This document shows, piece by piece, positions 20,238 to 28,538 of a stretch of 64,000 bases of DNA. The stretch covers positions 64,001 through 128,000 of the forward strand of contig JANNXQ010000107.1 in assembly GCA_031409655.1 (NCBI GenBank), read 5' to 3'. The stretch is from Chthoniobacteraceae bacterium. GTDB taxonomy: Bacteria; Verrucomicrobiota; Verrucomicrobiia; Chthoniobacterales; Chthoniobacteraceae. The notes under the pieces were generated by a model, which worked only from the letters and a program-made list of their open reading frames with translations, was not told where the DNA came from and did not search any database. The position numbers and the translations under genes are program-made. Each line of letters starts with the position of its first letter. The stretch's first letter is position 1.

Positions 20238-21070
20238 CGCACCTTGCACAGCGCCTCGTCGCTTCCAGGTCGTTCCGCGCATTAATCATCGCGGTGATCC
20301 TCCTCGCTGGCGTGCTCGCGGGCGTGGAAACCAGCGCCGCCATGCTCGCGCAATACGGCCCGCTCCTGCACGCGCTCGACTTGGCGGTGCTCACCATCTT
20401 CATCATCGAGATCGTGTTGAAGCTCACCGCCTGCGGCCGCCGGCCGCTCGACTACTTCCGCGATGGCTGGAACGTCTTCGACTTCACCATCGTCGCGCTC
20501 TGCATCCTGCCCGTCGGCGGACCGTTCGCCGCGGTGCTGCGCCTCGTCCGCACGCTCCGCTTGCTCCGGCTCGTCACCGCGCTGCCGAAGCTGCAGCTCC
20601 TCGTCGGCGCACTCATCAAGAGCCTGAGTTCCATGGGTTACGTCGGACTGCTCCTCGGGCTGATTTTCTACATCTATGCCGTCACCGGGGTTCACTTATT
20701 CGGGAAGGCATCCCCCGAGTATTTTGGAAGCCTCACCGCCGCCCTGCTCGCGCTCTTCCAGATGATCACCCTCGATGACTGGAGGACCATGTATGACAGC
20801 GCGCAAGCCGCCGCGCCCTTCGCCGCCACCCCTTACTTCGTCAGCTTCATCCTGCTCGGCACGATGATCATGCTGAATCTCTTCATCGGCATCGTTATGA
20901 ACTCCATGGCCGAGATGCACACCGAACTCGACGAATTGAAGGAGGCCGCCCGAGCCACTACGGAAAAGGGCAGCGTTCTCAGCGACGTGACCGCGCTCGA
21001 CCAGCAGCTCGCCGCGTTGCGCTCCCAACTCGATGCGCTCCGGGCGAAGCTTTCGCAACCTTCCTCATGA
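20234..21070 (+). CDS. Bacterial voltage-gated cation channel (BacNav/Cav family)
   Basis: YFRDGWNVFDF, S4 RLVRTLRLLR, pore TLDDWRT, S6 LNLFIGIV, C-terminal coiled coil. Confidence 0.9.
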   Translation: MTHLAQRLVASRSFRALIIAVILLAGVLAGVETSAAMLAQYGPLLHALDLAVLTIFIIEIVLKLTACGRRPLDYFRDGWNVFDFTIVALCILPVGGPFAAVLRLVRTLRLLRLVTALPKLQLLVGALIKSLSSMGYVGLLLGLIFYIYAVTGVHLFGKASPEYFGSLTAALLALFQMITLDDWRTMYDSAQAAAPFAATPYFVSFILLGTMIMLNLFIGIVMNSMAEMHTELDELKEAARATTEKGSVLSDVTALDQQLAALRSQLDALRAKLSQPSS

Positions 21071-21312
21071 AAACCAAACACTGGCTTCTCGCGCTGTGGG
21101 TGCTGATCGTCTTCGCGCTCCATCAGGATGTGTGGAACTGGACCAAGTCCAGCCCGCTCCTCTTCGGCTTGCTGCCTCCGGGGCTGACTTACCACTTAGG
21201 TTACTCTGTGCTGGCCGCTTTCACCATGGCGCTGCTCGTGCGCTTTGCCTGGCCCACGCATCTCGAAGATGAAGCGCCCAACGACCAACAGCCTCCCGCG
21301 ACGAAGCCATGA
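21067..21312 (+). CDS. DUF3311-like small membrane partner of sodium:solute symporter
   Basis: Two TMs, LHQDVWNW, GLLPPGLTYH; coupled to symporter gene. Confidence 0.75.
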   Translation: MKTKHWLLALWVLIVFALHQDVWNWTKSSPLLFGLLPPGLTYHLGYSVLAAFTMALLVRFAWPTHLEDEAPNDQQPPATKP

Positions 21313-22880
21313 TCCCCGCGATCGTCGTCTTCATCTATCTCGCGATCATCCTCTACGTGGGGATGTTTGCCTTCCGCAAGAGCACCGGCTCGAAGGAGGA
21401 TTTCTTCCTCGCGAGCCGGTCGCTCGGGCCGTGGGTTTTTCTGCTCACGGTCTTCGGCACAAACATGACGGCCTTCGCCATCCTCGGCAGCTCGGGCCTC
21501 GCATATCAGCGCGGCATCGGCGTTTACGGGCTCATGGCTTCGTCGTCCGGGCTGATTATTCCGCTCACCATTTTCCTCATCGGCACGCGGCTGTGGTCGC
21601 TCGGGAAAAAGCATGGCTATATGACGCAGGTGCAGTATTTCCGCGACCGCTGGGAGTGCGATGCCATCGGCACGCTCATCTTCGCCGTTACCGCGCTGAT
21701 GATGATCCCGTATGTCGTCATCGGCATGATGGGCGGCGGCCACACGCTCGATAGTCTCAGCGATGGATGGGTGCCCTACTGGCTTGGCGGCGCGATCGTC
21801 GCGGTTGTGGTGATGCTCTACGTTTTCTTTGGCGGCATGCGGGGCGTGGCGTGGGTGAATGCGCTCCAAACCGTGCTCTTCCTGTGCTTCGGCGCGATCG
21901 CCTTCTACCTCATCTCGCGCAACCTCGGCGGCTACGACCGGATCATGGCCGAGATCGCCGCGAACCCGAAGGACTCCACGCTGCTCACCCGCGCGCGCAT
22001 CTCGCCGCAGGAGTTCTTCAGCTACACCTTCATCCCGCTCTCCGCGATGATGTTTCCACACATGGCTATCATGTGCATGACGGCGGAAAAGGTGACGTCC
22101 TTCAAGCGCACGGTCATCTGGTATCCCATCTGCATCCTGCTCATCTGGCTGCCCAGCGTGTATCTCGGCGTCATCGCCGCGCATCAGTTCCCCGGCCTCA
22201 AGCTCGGCGAATCCGACGACGTCATCCTGCGCCTGCTCAGCGACAACACCGATGTCGTCGTAGCCGGCATTCTCGGCGCGGCGATCATGGCCTGCGTCAT
22301 GGCGACCGATTCGCAGATCATGGCGCTGAGCACCATGTTTAGTCAGGATGTCTTCGCGCACTACGGCGGCGCGAAGAAATACGGCGAGAACGTGCAGGTC
22401 TGGATGGGTCGCGCGTTTGTCATCGTCATCGCCATCGTCAGCTACGCCCTCGCGCTCGCGCTGGAGGGACAGAAATCCATCTTCGATCTCGCCATCCGCT
22501 TCGGCTTCTCCGGCTTCGCTGCACTCGCACCGGTGATGCTCGCCGCGCTCTTCTGGCGGCGGAGTAATAAATGGGGCGCCCTCGCCGCCGTGCTCTGGGT
22601 CGTCTCCTCCATGACCCTGCTCTGGTGGCTGCAACTCCACTCCAACGGTCTCGCACCCAAACCCGGCCAGCCGCCCGTGCCCATCTTCGCCGAACTCGGC
22701 AGCCTCTTCCTCCGCACGCCGATGAACGTGACCATCTTCGGCTACATGCCCGTGATGTTCATGTGCCTCGGCTCCGCGTTCTGGATGGCGCTCGTGAGCC
22801 TGCTCACACCCGCTCCTTCACGACCCACGATCGAGAAATTTTTCCCATCATCCAAACCCAAGCTTCTTCCCGCCGCATGA
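21309..22880 (+). CDS. Sodium:solute symporter
   Basis: DFFLASRSLG, GGMRGVAWVNALQ, about 13 TMs. Confidence 0.9.
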   Translation: MIPAIVVFIYLAIILYVGMFAFRKSTGSKEDFFLASRSLGPWVFLLTVFGTNMTAFAILGSSGLAYQRGIGVYGLMASSSGLIIPLTIFLIGTRLWSLGKKHGYMTQVQYFRDRWECDAIGTLIFAVTALMMIPYVVIGMMGGGHTLDSLSDGWVPYWLGGAIVAVVVMLYVFFGGMRGVAWVNALQTVLFLCFGAIAFYLISRNLGGYDRIMAEIAANPKDSTLLTRARISPQEFFSYTFIPLSAMMFPHMAIMCMTAEKVTSFKRTVIWYPICILLIWLPSVYLGVIAAHQFPGLKLGESDDVILRLLSDNTDVVVAGILGAAIMACVMATDSQIMALSTMFSQDVFAHYGGAKKYGENVQVWMGRAFVIVIAIVSYALALALEGQKSIFDLAIRFGFSGFAALAPVMLAALFWRRSNKWGALAAVLWVVSSMTLLWWLQLHSNGLAPKPGQPPVPIFAELGSLFLRTPMNVTIFGYMPVMFMCLGSAFWMALVSLLTPAPSRPTIEKFFPSSKPKLLPAA

Positions 22881-22957
22881 ATGGAGCGCCGCGAGTGCGG
22901 GCACCGTTTTCAAGTGCGCGAGCAAAAGTTCGTCGAGTGAGTGGTCGAGCATGGCGT

Positions 22958-23373
22958 TTAGTCCTCCGGCTCGACGACGAGCACGATCATCGGGAATTGC
23001 GGGTGGTCGGTGACTCGCGTGATGCGGTAGGTCACGCCCTGGAACGCCAGCGTTTCGCCGAGCTTGGGCCGATCCGCACCAAGCTCAGAGCGCAGCACCT
23101 TCATCGTGCAATCACCGTTGCCAGCGACTCGCCCACCCGCCCACCTCCCTATTCCCTTCCTCCTCCTCGGCCTTCCGGCGCGGCCCTTCGGGCTGCCTGC
23201 GGCAGGCTGTCTCGCTCCGCTCGGCTCGCATCGAATCCACCAAGGCCGAGGTCTTGGCTCAGCGGGTTATCGGACACGAGCGCGTGAAGCGTTCGCCCCT
23301 TCCAAACAATTTCCTCGCCAATGGCGGCGAGAACCTCGGCGAGCGCGGCGGCTTTTTCATCGTGAAGACTCAT
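22958..23373 (-). pseudogene. Disrupted phage head-tail joining-like gene
   Basis: MSLHDEK...GGFDA then ~110 nt of repeat DNA with a stop; another frame resumes GDCTMKVLRS...GETLAFQGVTYRITRV...VVEPED*. Confidence 0.55.
23121..23171 (-). repeat. ~52-nt purine-rich element, copy A
   Basis: 42/51 identical to 26491-26541 by manual alignment. Confidence 0.8.
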
Positions 23374-23432
23374 GCCGCTGCGCGGCTGTCAAAGGCTCCG
23401 TTTTCTGATCGCGGCGATTCGCCGCCTCCGCG

Positions 23433-24350
23433 CTATCGATTGAAGACTGGAATGGAATACGCGCGTGAAGACGTGCGGTATTCGCGGGGAGCGCTGCCGA
23501 TGTGCCGAGTGAAGCAGGCGGTGAGGTGGCTGTGGCTGGAAAAGCCGCAGTCGAGCGCGATGGTGGTGATGTCCTTTTGCGTGCTGATCAACTGGTGTTG
23601 TGCGCGACGCAGGCGCTGACGAATGATGTATTGGGCGGGCGTGCTGCCGAACGCTTTGCGGAAGGCGACGAGAATCTGGTGCGTGGTGAGGGCCGCGAGC
23701 GCCGCGAGTTCGGCCAGCGTGACGCGTCCGTCGAGACGGGCGTCGATGTGATCCCGCAGCAGGCGGATCGTGCGCGCATCGAGGCTGGGGCCACGTTCCC
23801 GTTTGCGATCCGCAACGAGTCCGTCGGGAGCAAGCGACCGCAGCAAGTGGAGGCCGATGCTTTGGCTGAGCGACTCGGCAAGCATCGCGGAGACATCGTC
23901 GCTCGAATGCGTGGCTGCGAGGAGTGCGCGCACGGCGTGGTGCAGGAAGTCATCCCGCACGCCGGCCACGGGCGCGATGTCCTGCCGCCCGTTCGTGGAG
24001 CCGCGCACGAGGTCACCCGCATCGGGTCGAAGGCGAAGCACCGCATATTCGATGGCCTGGCCGCACGCGTGGCTCGCATACCTGCGCCCGGCGGGAACCG
24101 TCCAGATTTCCCCCGGCAGGGCCGGACCGTTGCTGCCCCCGAATCCGTCGAGTTCCGTTTCGAGACGGTCCATGTGCCCGCTGAGATGGATGACGATGGA
24201 ATGCACAGGCTCGCAGATGCGCCAATCTGTAGGCCGACGAATGTCGTCGCCGCGGTGAATGACCTCGAGGCCGGGGAAACGCGTTTGCGTTTCCTCCAGC
24301 ACGACGGCGGCGGCACCATCGCCGATGCGGGTAGCGGGCTTGCGAGGCAT
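23433..24350 (-). CDS. AraC family regulator
   Basis: C-terminal HTH IALDCGFSSHSHLTACF; start chosen at ATG 24350. Confidence 0.9.
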   Translation of the reverse strand: MPRKPATRIGDGAAAVVLEETQTRFPGLEVIHRGDDIRRPTDWRICEPVHSIVIHLSGHMDRLETELDGFGGSNGPALPGEIWTVPAGRRYASHACGQAIEYAVLRLRPDAGDLVRGSTNGRQDIAPVAGVRDDFLHHAVRALLAATHSSDDVSAMLAESLSQSIGLHLLRSLAPDGLVADRKRERGPSLDARTIRLLRDHIDARLDGRVTLAELAALAALTTHQILVAFRKAFGSTPAQYIIRQRLRRAQHQLISTQKDITTIALDCGFSSHSHLTACFTRHIGSAPREYRTSSRAYSIPVFNR

Positions 24351-24466
24351 GGCCGGAGTGTGTGGTGCGCCATGTGCGCGGCAAGTTTGAAAGTGCGCCG
24401 GAGAAATTGAAAGCGGATCGCCGCCGCCGTCGCTAAAAGTGAATTTGAAACCCAAACAACAAACTT

Positions 24467-25240
24467 ATGAGCAAGCACAGCATCAAAGACAAAGTCGTCC
24501 TCGTCGGCGGCGGAGCCAAGAACCTCGGTGGCCTCATCAGCCGCGACCTCGCCGCGCAGGGCGCGAAAGCCGTGGTCGTCCACTACAACAGCGCTGCCAC
24601 AAAAGCGGCCGCGGATGAAACCGTCGCGGCAGTGAAGGCGCTCGGCGCGGGAGCCATCGCCGTCGCCGGAGACCTCTCGAAGCCCGCGAACAACGCGGCG
24701 CTTTTCGCCGCAGCGGTCAAGGAATTCGGCGGCGTGGACATCGCGATAAACACCACCGGCATGGTCATCAAGAAACCCATCGTGGATGTCACCGAGGATG
24801 ACTTCGACAAAATCTTCGCCGTGAATGCCAAAGCCGCATTCTTCTTTATGCAGGAGGCCGGCAGAAAGCTGAACGACGGCGGAAAAATCTGCACCATCGT
24901 GTCGTCGCTGCTCGCGGCTTACACGGACGGCTACTCGATCTATCCCGGCTCGAAGGCACCCGTGGAGCACTACACGCGTGCGGCCTCAAAGGAATTCGGC
25001 CCGCGCTGTATCTCCGTCACCGCCGTCGGCCCCGGTCCGATGGAGACGCCGTTCTTTTACGGTCAGGAAACGGATGCCTCGGCGAAATACAACCAGACCG
25101 CCGCAGCGCTCAGTCCCTTCACCAAGACGGGCCTCACCGACCCCGCCGACATCGTGACGCTCGTGCGCTACCTCGTGAGCGACGGCTGGTGGATCACCGG
25201 CCAGACCATCTTTGCCAACGGCGGCTACACGACACGATGA
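24467..25240 (+). CDS. Short-chain dehydrogenase/reductase
   Basis: GGAKNLG, YPGSK, GQTIFANGGY; divergent from AraC. Confidence 0.9.
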   Translation: MSKHSIKDKVVLVGGGAKNLGGLISRDLAAQGAKAVVVHYNSAATKAAADETVAAVKALGAGAIAVAGDLSKPANNAALFAAAVKEFGGVDIAINTTGMVIKKPIVDVTEDDFDKIFAVNAKAAFFFMQEAGRKLNDGGKICTIVSSLLAAYTDGYSIYPGSKAPVEHYTRAASKEFGPRCISVTAVGPGPMETPFFYGQETDASAKYNQTAAALSPFTKTGLTDPADIVTLVRYLVSDGWWITGQTIFANGGYTTR

Positions 25241-25241
25241 G

Positions 25242-25514
25242 ATGCACACGCTGCTAGTCGTTGCCGGGGGCTTCCTGCTGCTCGGGCTTTGCCTGCTCGT
25301 GGCGAAACTCATGGGTGGCGCACCCGCGGCGTTCGCGCGCGCCGCGCTCGTATTCCTTCCGCTCTGGTTCGTCGGCGCCGGCGTGAACCTGTGGATTGGC
25401 GTGGCCACAGCCGGCTACACCGTGCGTGAGGAACTGCCCATCTTCGCACTGGTCTTTACGGTGCCGGCTGCGGTTGCGATGCTGGTGTGGTTCGCGTATC
25501 GCGACAGACATTGA
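25242..25514 (+). CDS. Small 3-TM membrane protein
   Basis: Hydrophobic ORF filling the operon gap; NLWIGV..AGY..EELP. Confidence 0.7.
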   Translation: MHTLLVVAGGFLLLGLCLLVAKLMGGAPAAFARAALVFLPLWFVGAGVNLWIGVATAGYTVREELPIFALVFTVPAAVAMLVWFAYRDRH

Positions 25515-25517
25515 TTT

Positions 25518-26105
25518 ATGGAAAAAGGACGACTCGAAGCCTTCAGCGATGGCGTCATCGCAATCATCATCACGATCATGGTGCTGGAGATGAAAGTGCC
25601 GCACGGCGCGGACTGGGCCACGCTCCAGCCGCTGCTGCCCGTCTTTCTCTGTTATGTGCTGAGCTTTCTCTACGTCGGCATCTATTGGAACAATCACCAC
25701 CATCTCCTGAAGGTCTGCCGCCGCGTGACCGGCGGAATCATGTGGGCCAACCTGCACCTGCTGTTCTGGCTCTCGCTCTTTCCATTTGTCACCGGCTGGA
25801 TGGGTGAAAATCACTTCGCCGCCAGCCCGACCGCCCTCTACGGCGCGGCGCTCTTCTGCGCCGCCATCGCTTACTACATTCTGCAGAGGCTCATCCTCAT
25901 TCACCACGGCAATAAGTCGCGGCTGGCTGAGGCGATTGGCTGCGACTGGAAAGGCAAGCTCTCCCCCGTGCTTTATCTTGCCGGTATCGGCCTGTCGTTT
26001 TGGCAGCCTGTCCTGGCGGGCGCGATTTATGTTCTCGTCGCGCTGATGTGGCTCGTGCCGGATCGCCGAATTGAACGCGCAATCGAAGGTGGCGATGAAG
26101 GATGA
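25518..26105 (+). CDS. TMEM175/DUF1211 K+ channel-like protein
   Basis: RLEAFSDGVIAIIITIMVLE signature, YWNNHH. Confidence 0.9.
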   Translation: MEKGRLEAFSDGVIAIIITIMVLEMKVPHGADWATLQPLLPVFLCYVLSFLYVGIYWNNHHHLLKVCRRVTGGIMWANLHLLFWLSLFPFVTGWMGENHFAASPTALYGAALFCAAIAYYILQRLILIHHGNKSRLAEAIGCDWKGKLSPVLYLAGIGLSFWQPVLAGAIYVLVALMWLVPDRRIERAIEGGDEG

Positions 26106-26256
26106 AACCCCGCTGCCGTTTCCAGCAGTGGAGCTCGCAACCACCGAATGATGTCAGCCGCACTTACGGCTTCACGATGCGCTTGATGCCGCCGGCGATG
26201 GCCTGCTTCCAGCCGTAGAGGCACTCGACCGTGACGAAGATGCGGTTGCTGCTCGT

Positions 26257-26321
26257 TTGCCGCTCCGGCGGCTATGCAGTATCCGCTCCGCGTTTGTGGG
26301 AGAGCGCTTCCGCGCGGCGCA
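26257..26321 (-). repeat. 65-nt insertion element, copy 1
   Basis: TGC...GCGGAAGCGC...CGCGGAGCG...TGCA..GCCGCCGGAGCGGCAA inserted at CCGAA^AC. Confidence 0.75.
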
Positions 26322-26357
26322 TTCGGTGTAGCGCAGGTAGCCGAAGGTGAGGCCAGT

Positions 26358-26423
26358 TTGCCGCTCCGGCGGCCATGCAGAGAGCGCTCCGCGAGTTCGG
26401 CCGTGCGCTTCCGCGCAATTGCA
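26358..26423 (-). repeat. 66-nt insertion element, copy 2
   Basis: Same ends, internal motifs and CCGAA^AC context as copy 1. Confidence 0.75.
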
Positions 26424-26490
26424 TTCGGGGTCGGTGACGGCACCGGCCTCGTCGTATTCGGCGACGGGTTCGAGGTAGCGCATGGCGACC

Positions 26491-26541
26491 GCCGAGGAGG
26501 CGGAGGGGAATAAGGAGGCTGGTGGACGGGCGAGCCGCTGG
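26491..26541 (+). repeat. ~52-nt purine-rich element, copy B
   Basis: GCCGAGGAGGCGGAGGGGAATAAGGAGG...GGGCGAGCCGCTGG. Confidence 0.8.
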
Positions 26542-26580
26542 AGACGAGCGTTTCGAGGACGTTGAGCGCCGTCTCGCTCG

Positions 26581-26633
26581 CCTCGCTGCTCGCCCGCCCG
26601 CTGACTACCTCTATTCCCTTCCGCCACCTCGGC
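26581..26633 (-). repeat. ~52-nt purine-rich element, copy C (inverted relative to B)
   Basis: GCCGAGGTGGCGGAAGGGAATAGAGG...GGGCGAGCAGCGAGG. Confidence 0.75.
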
Positions 26634-26961
26634 GGTGTAGCTGCCGGCGAACTCGCTGGACTGCGACGGAGCGCCGACCACGGGCACGCGCACGGTGTCG
26701 AGTTTGTCCGCCGGTTCCGGCGAGAAGTTCGTGGAAAAGGCGCGCAGCGGGAGCAGTCCGGCCACAAGCTGCGACGGCATTAATGAGTCCAAGGACGCGC
26801 CCACGATGGCCCCGTCAGATGCGTTCGCGCCGCACATCAGGCGCTGCCGGCGGCACGGCGCATTTGCATCTCCAGACGGCGAACGGACGGTTGTGCTCTT
26901 GCGCGCGAGCGCCGATCAATAGGCTATTCTTATCATCCAAACCCACGCCGCTTCCATCCAC

Positions 26962-27885
26962 ATGAATACACTGACCACGACCGAAACCGAAGCCATCCTC
27001 ACCCTTTGCCTCATCGCGTCCTTCGCCGATGGCGACAAACACGAACGCGAACGCCAGCAACTCAAGAAGATCACCGACTCGCTCGCCGGCGGGGAGGTGG
27101 ACATCACCGCGCTCTATCAGCAAGTGCTGCTGAACAATCCCGACGTCGCCGCAGTCGCCGCGCGCCTGCTCACTCCCGGTGCCCGCCAGCTCGCCTACGA
27201 GATGGCCGTGTGCGTGTGCGATGCGGATGAAGTGTGCAACCCCGCCGAACAGCAATTCCTCGATGAACTGCGCACCGCGCTCGCCCTGCCCACCGCCAGC
27301 ACGCAACCGGTGGACGCCGAAGCCACCGCGCTCGCCACCATTCCCGTGGCCTCACCCGCGCCCGCGCAATCCGAGGAAACCGACGCCATGATCCTGCGCT
27401 ACGCCATCGTCGGCGGCGCTCTGGAGCTACTCCCGCAGACCCTGGCCACGCTCGCCATCGTGCCCATGCAGACCAAGATGGTCTATCGCATCGGCAGCCA
27501 GCGCGGCGTCGAACTCGACCGCAAATCCATCGTCGAGTTCATGGCCACGGTCGGCATCGGCATGGCCTCGCAAGTCTTCGAAGGCTTCGCGCGGCGGCTC
27601 ACCAAAGGACTTGGCAAAGCCGTCGCCGGCAAAATGGGCGGCAAGATCGGCGACGCCGTCGGTGGCATCGCCATGTCCTTCGGCGCCACCTACGCGCTCG
27701 GGCAACTGGCGAAACTCTACTACGACAGCGGCCGCAGCCTGAGCATGGAGACGCTCAAAGCCAAATACCCGCCGCTCCTCGCCGAAGGAAAAACGCTCGC
27801 GCAAAAATACACCACGCAGATCACCGAGCAGAGCCAGCGGCTCCAGGGGGCCGGCCTCAGCACGCTGTTGAAGAAGGTGATCTAA
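26962..27885 (+). CDS. TerB-like N-domain plus YcjF/DUF697-like C-domain protein
   Basis: ASFADG...AYEMAVCVCDAD...EQQFLDELR TerB pattern; Gly-rich C-terminal helices with ATYALG. Confidence 0.7.
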   Translation: MNTLTTTETEAILTLCLIASFADGDKHERERQQLKKITDSLAGGEVDITALYQQVLLNNPDVAAVAARLLTPGARQLAYEMAVCVCDADEVCNPAEQQFLDELRTALALPTASTQPVDAEATALATIPVASPAPAQSEETDAMILRYAIVGGALELLPQTLATLAIVPMQTKMVYRIGSQRGVELDRKSIVEFMATVGIGMASQVFEGFARRLTKGLGKAVAGKMGGKIGDAVGGIAMSFGATYALGQLAKLYYDSGRSLSMETLKAKYPPLLAEGKTLAQKYTTQITEQSQRLQGAGLSTLLKKVI

Positions 27886-28039
27886 ATGGACGCCAGCGAG
27901 GCCAGCCTGCTCTTGCCGGCAACACTCCCGCTGCGTGCCACAGCACCTCCTCCGCCGCGCTCCCATAGAACGCACGGCATGCGCGAAAAGCTCGCCCACT
28001 TCGGTCTCCACTCCGCCCAGGGGCAGGCGTAGATAGGTC

Positions 28040-28249
28040 ATGCGTATTGCCCTCAGCATCGCTGCCGGCGCGGCTATTTTTCTTGGCCTCTGGCTGATCG
28101 CTTCTGGATTCACCGAGTCCGCGCCAGAGACGGCACCATCCTCCTTAGTCGTCTCCGCACCGCCCCAGACTGCGACCCCCATCGTGCTTGGTACGGCCCT
28201 GCTCGCGGGCGGTGTCATTTTTCTCGTGCTGATTTTGAGGAGAAGGTAG
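28040..28249 (+). CDS. Small two-TM protein
   Basis: Two hydrophobic helices and RRR tail. Confidence 0.55.
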   Translation: MRIALSIAAGAAIFLGLWLIASGFTESAPETAPSSLVVSAPPQTATPIVLGTALLAGGVIFLVLILRRR

Positions 28250-28344
28250 CCCCGAAAAGGAAATCGCTCTTGCCTGCCGGAAGGACGGGGCGCGTCCGTC
28301 ATCCCATCTTCCGGCAATGACCTGACTGTTCGCGCCGTGAGAAC

Positions 28345-28470
28345 GGCGACATCGAGCCAGCGGCGTTCCGAGCGCTCGCCGAATTGCGGCGAGGCCAGCA
28401 GGCGATCCACGACATTCTCAAACGCCGCGGGCAAGGTGTCTCAGAGGAAGGCGCCGATCTCCTGCGGTCC
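28345..28470 (-). pseudogene. DUF1549 (planctomycete cytochrome c-associated) fragment
   Basis: [40 protein letters not shown] with in-frame TGA at 28441. Confidence 0.75.
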
Positions 28471-28538
28471 TTCCGCGGCGTTCCAAACCCTGCAACGCCG
28501 CAGAGTTTGCACTTCGTTTTTTCCGAAGGCCGGTGCGG

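Larger units (their letters stand above)
26164..26765 (-). pseudogene. Fragmented phage major capsid-like gene
   Basis: Segments LLPLRAFSTNFSPEPADKLDTVRVP / ASETALNVLETLV / AVAMRYLEPV..VTDPE / TGLTFGYLRYTE / TSSNRIFVTVECLYG..KRIVKP* separated by four inserts; capsid identity from recall only. Confidence 0.6.

Noticed and set aside
26257..26423. Possible mini CRISPR array
   Set aside because: Only two units, each behaving as an insertion in a coding frame; no cas genes or leader.
16886..27885. Classical ter (tellurite resistance) operon from terC x2 plus the TerB-like gene
   Set aside because: No terA/D/E/Z; the TerCs are Alx-type and the TerB-like gene is 8 kb away.
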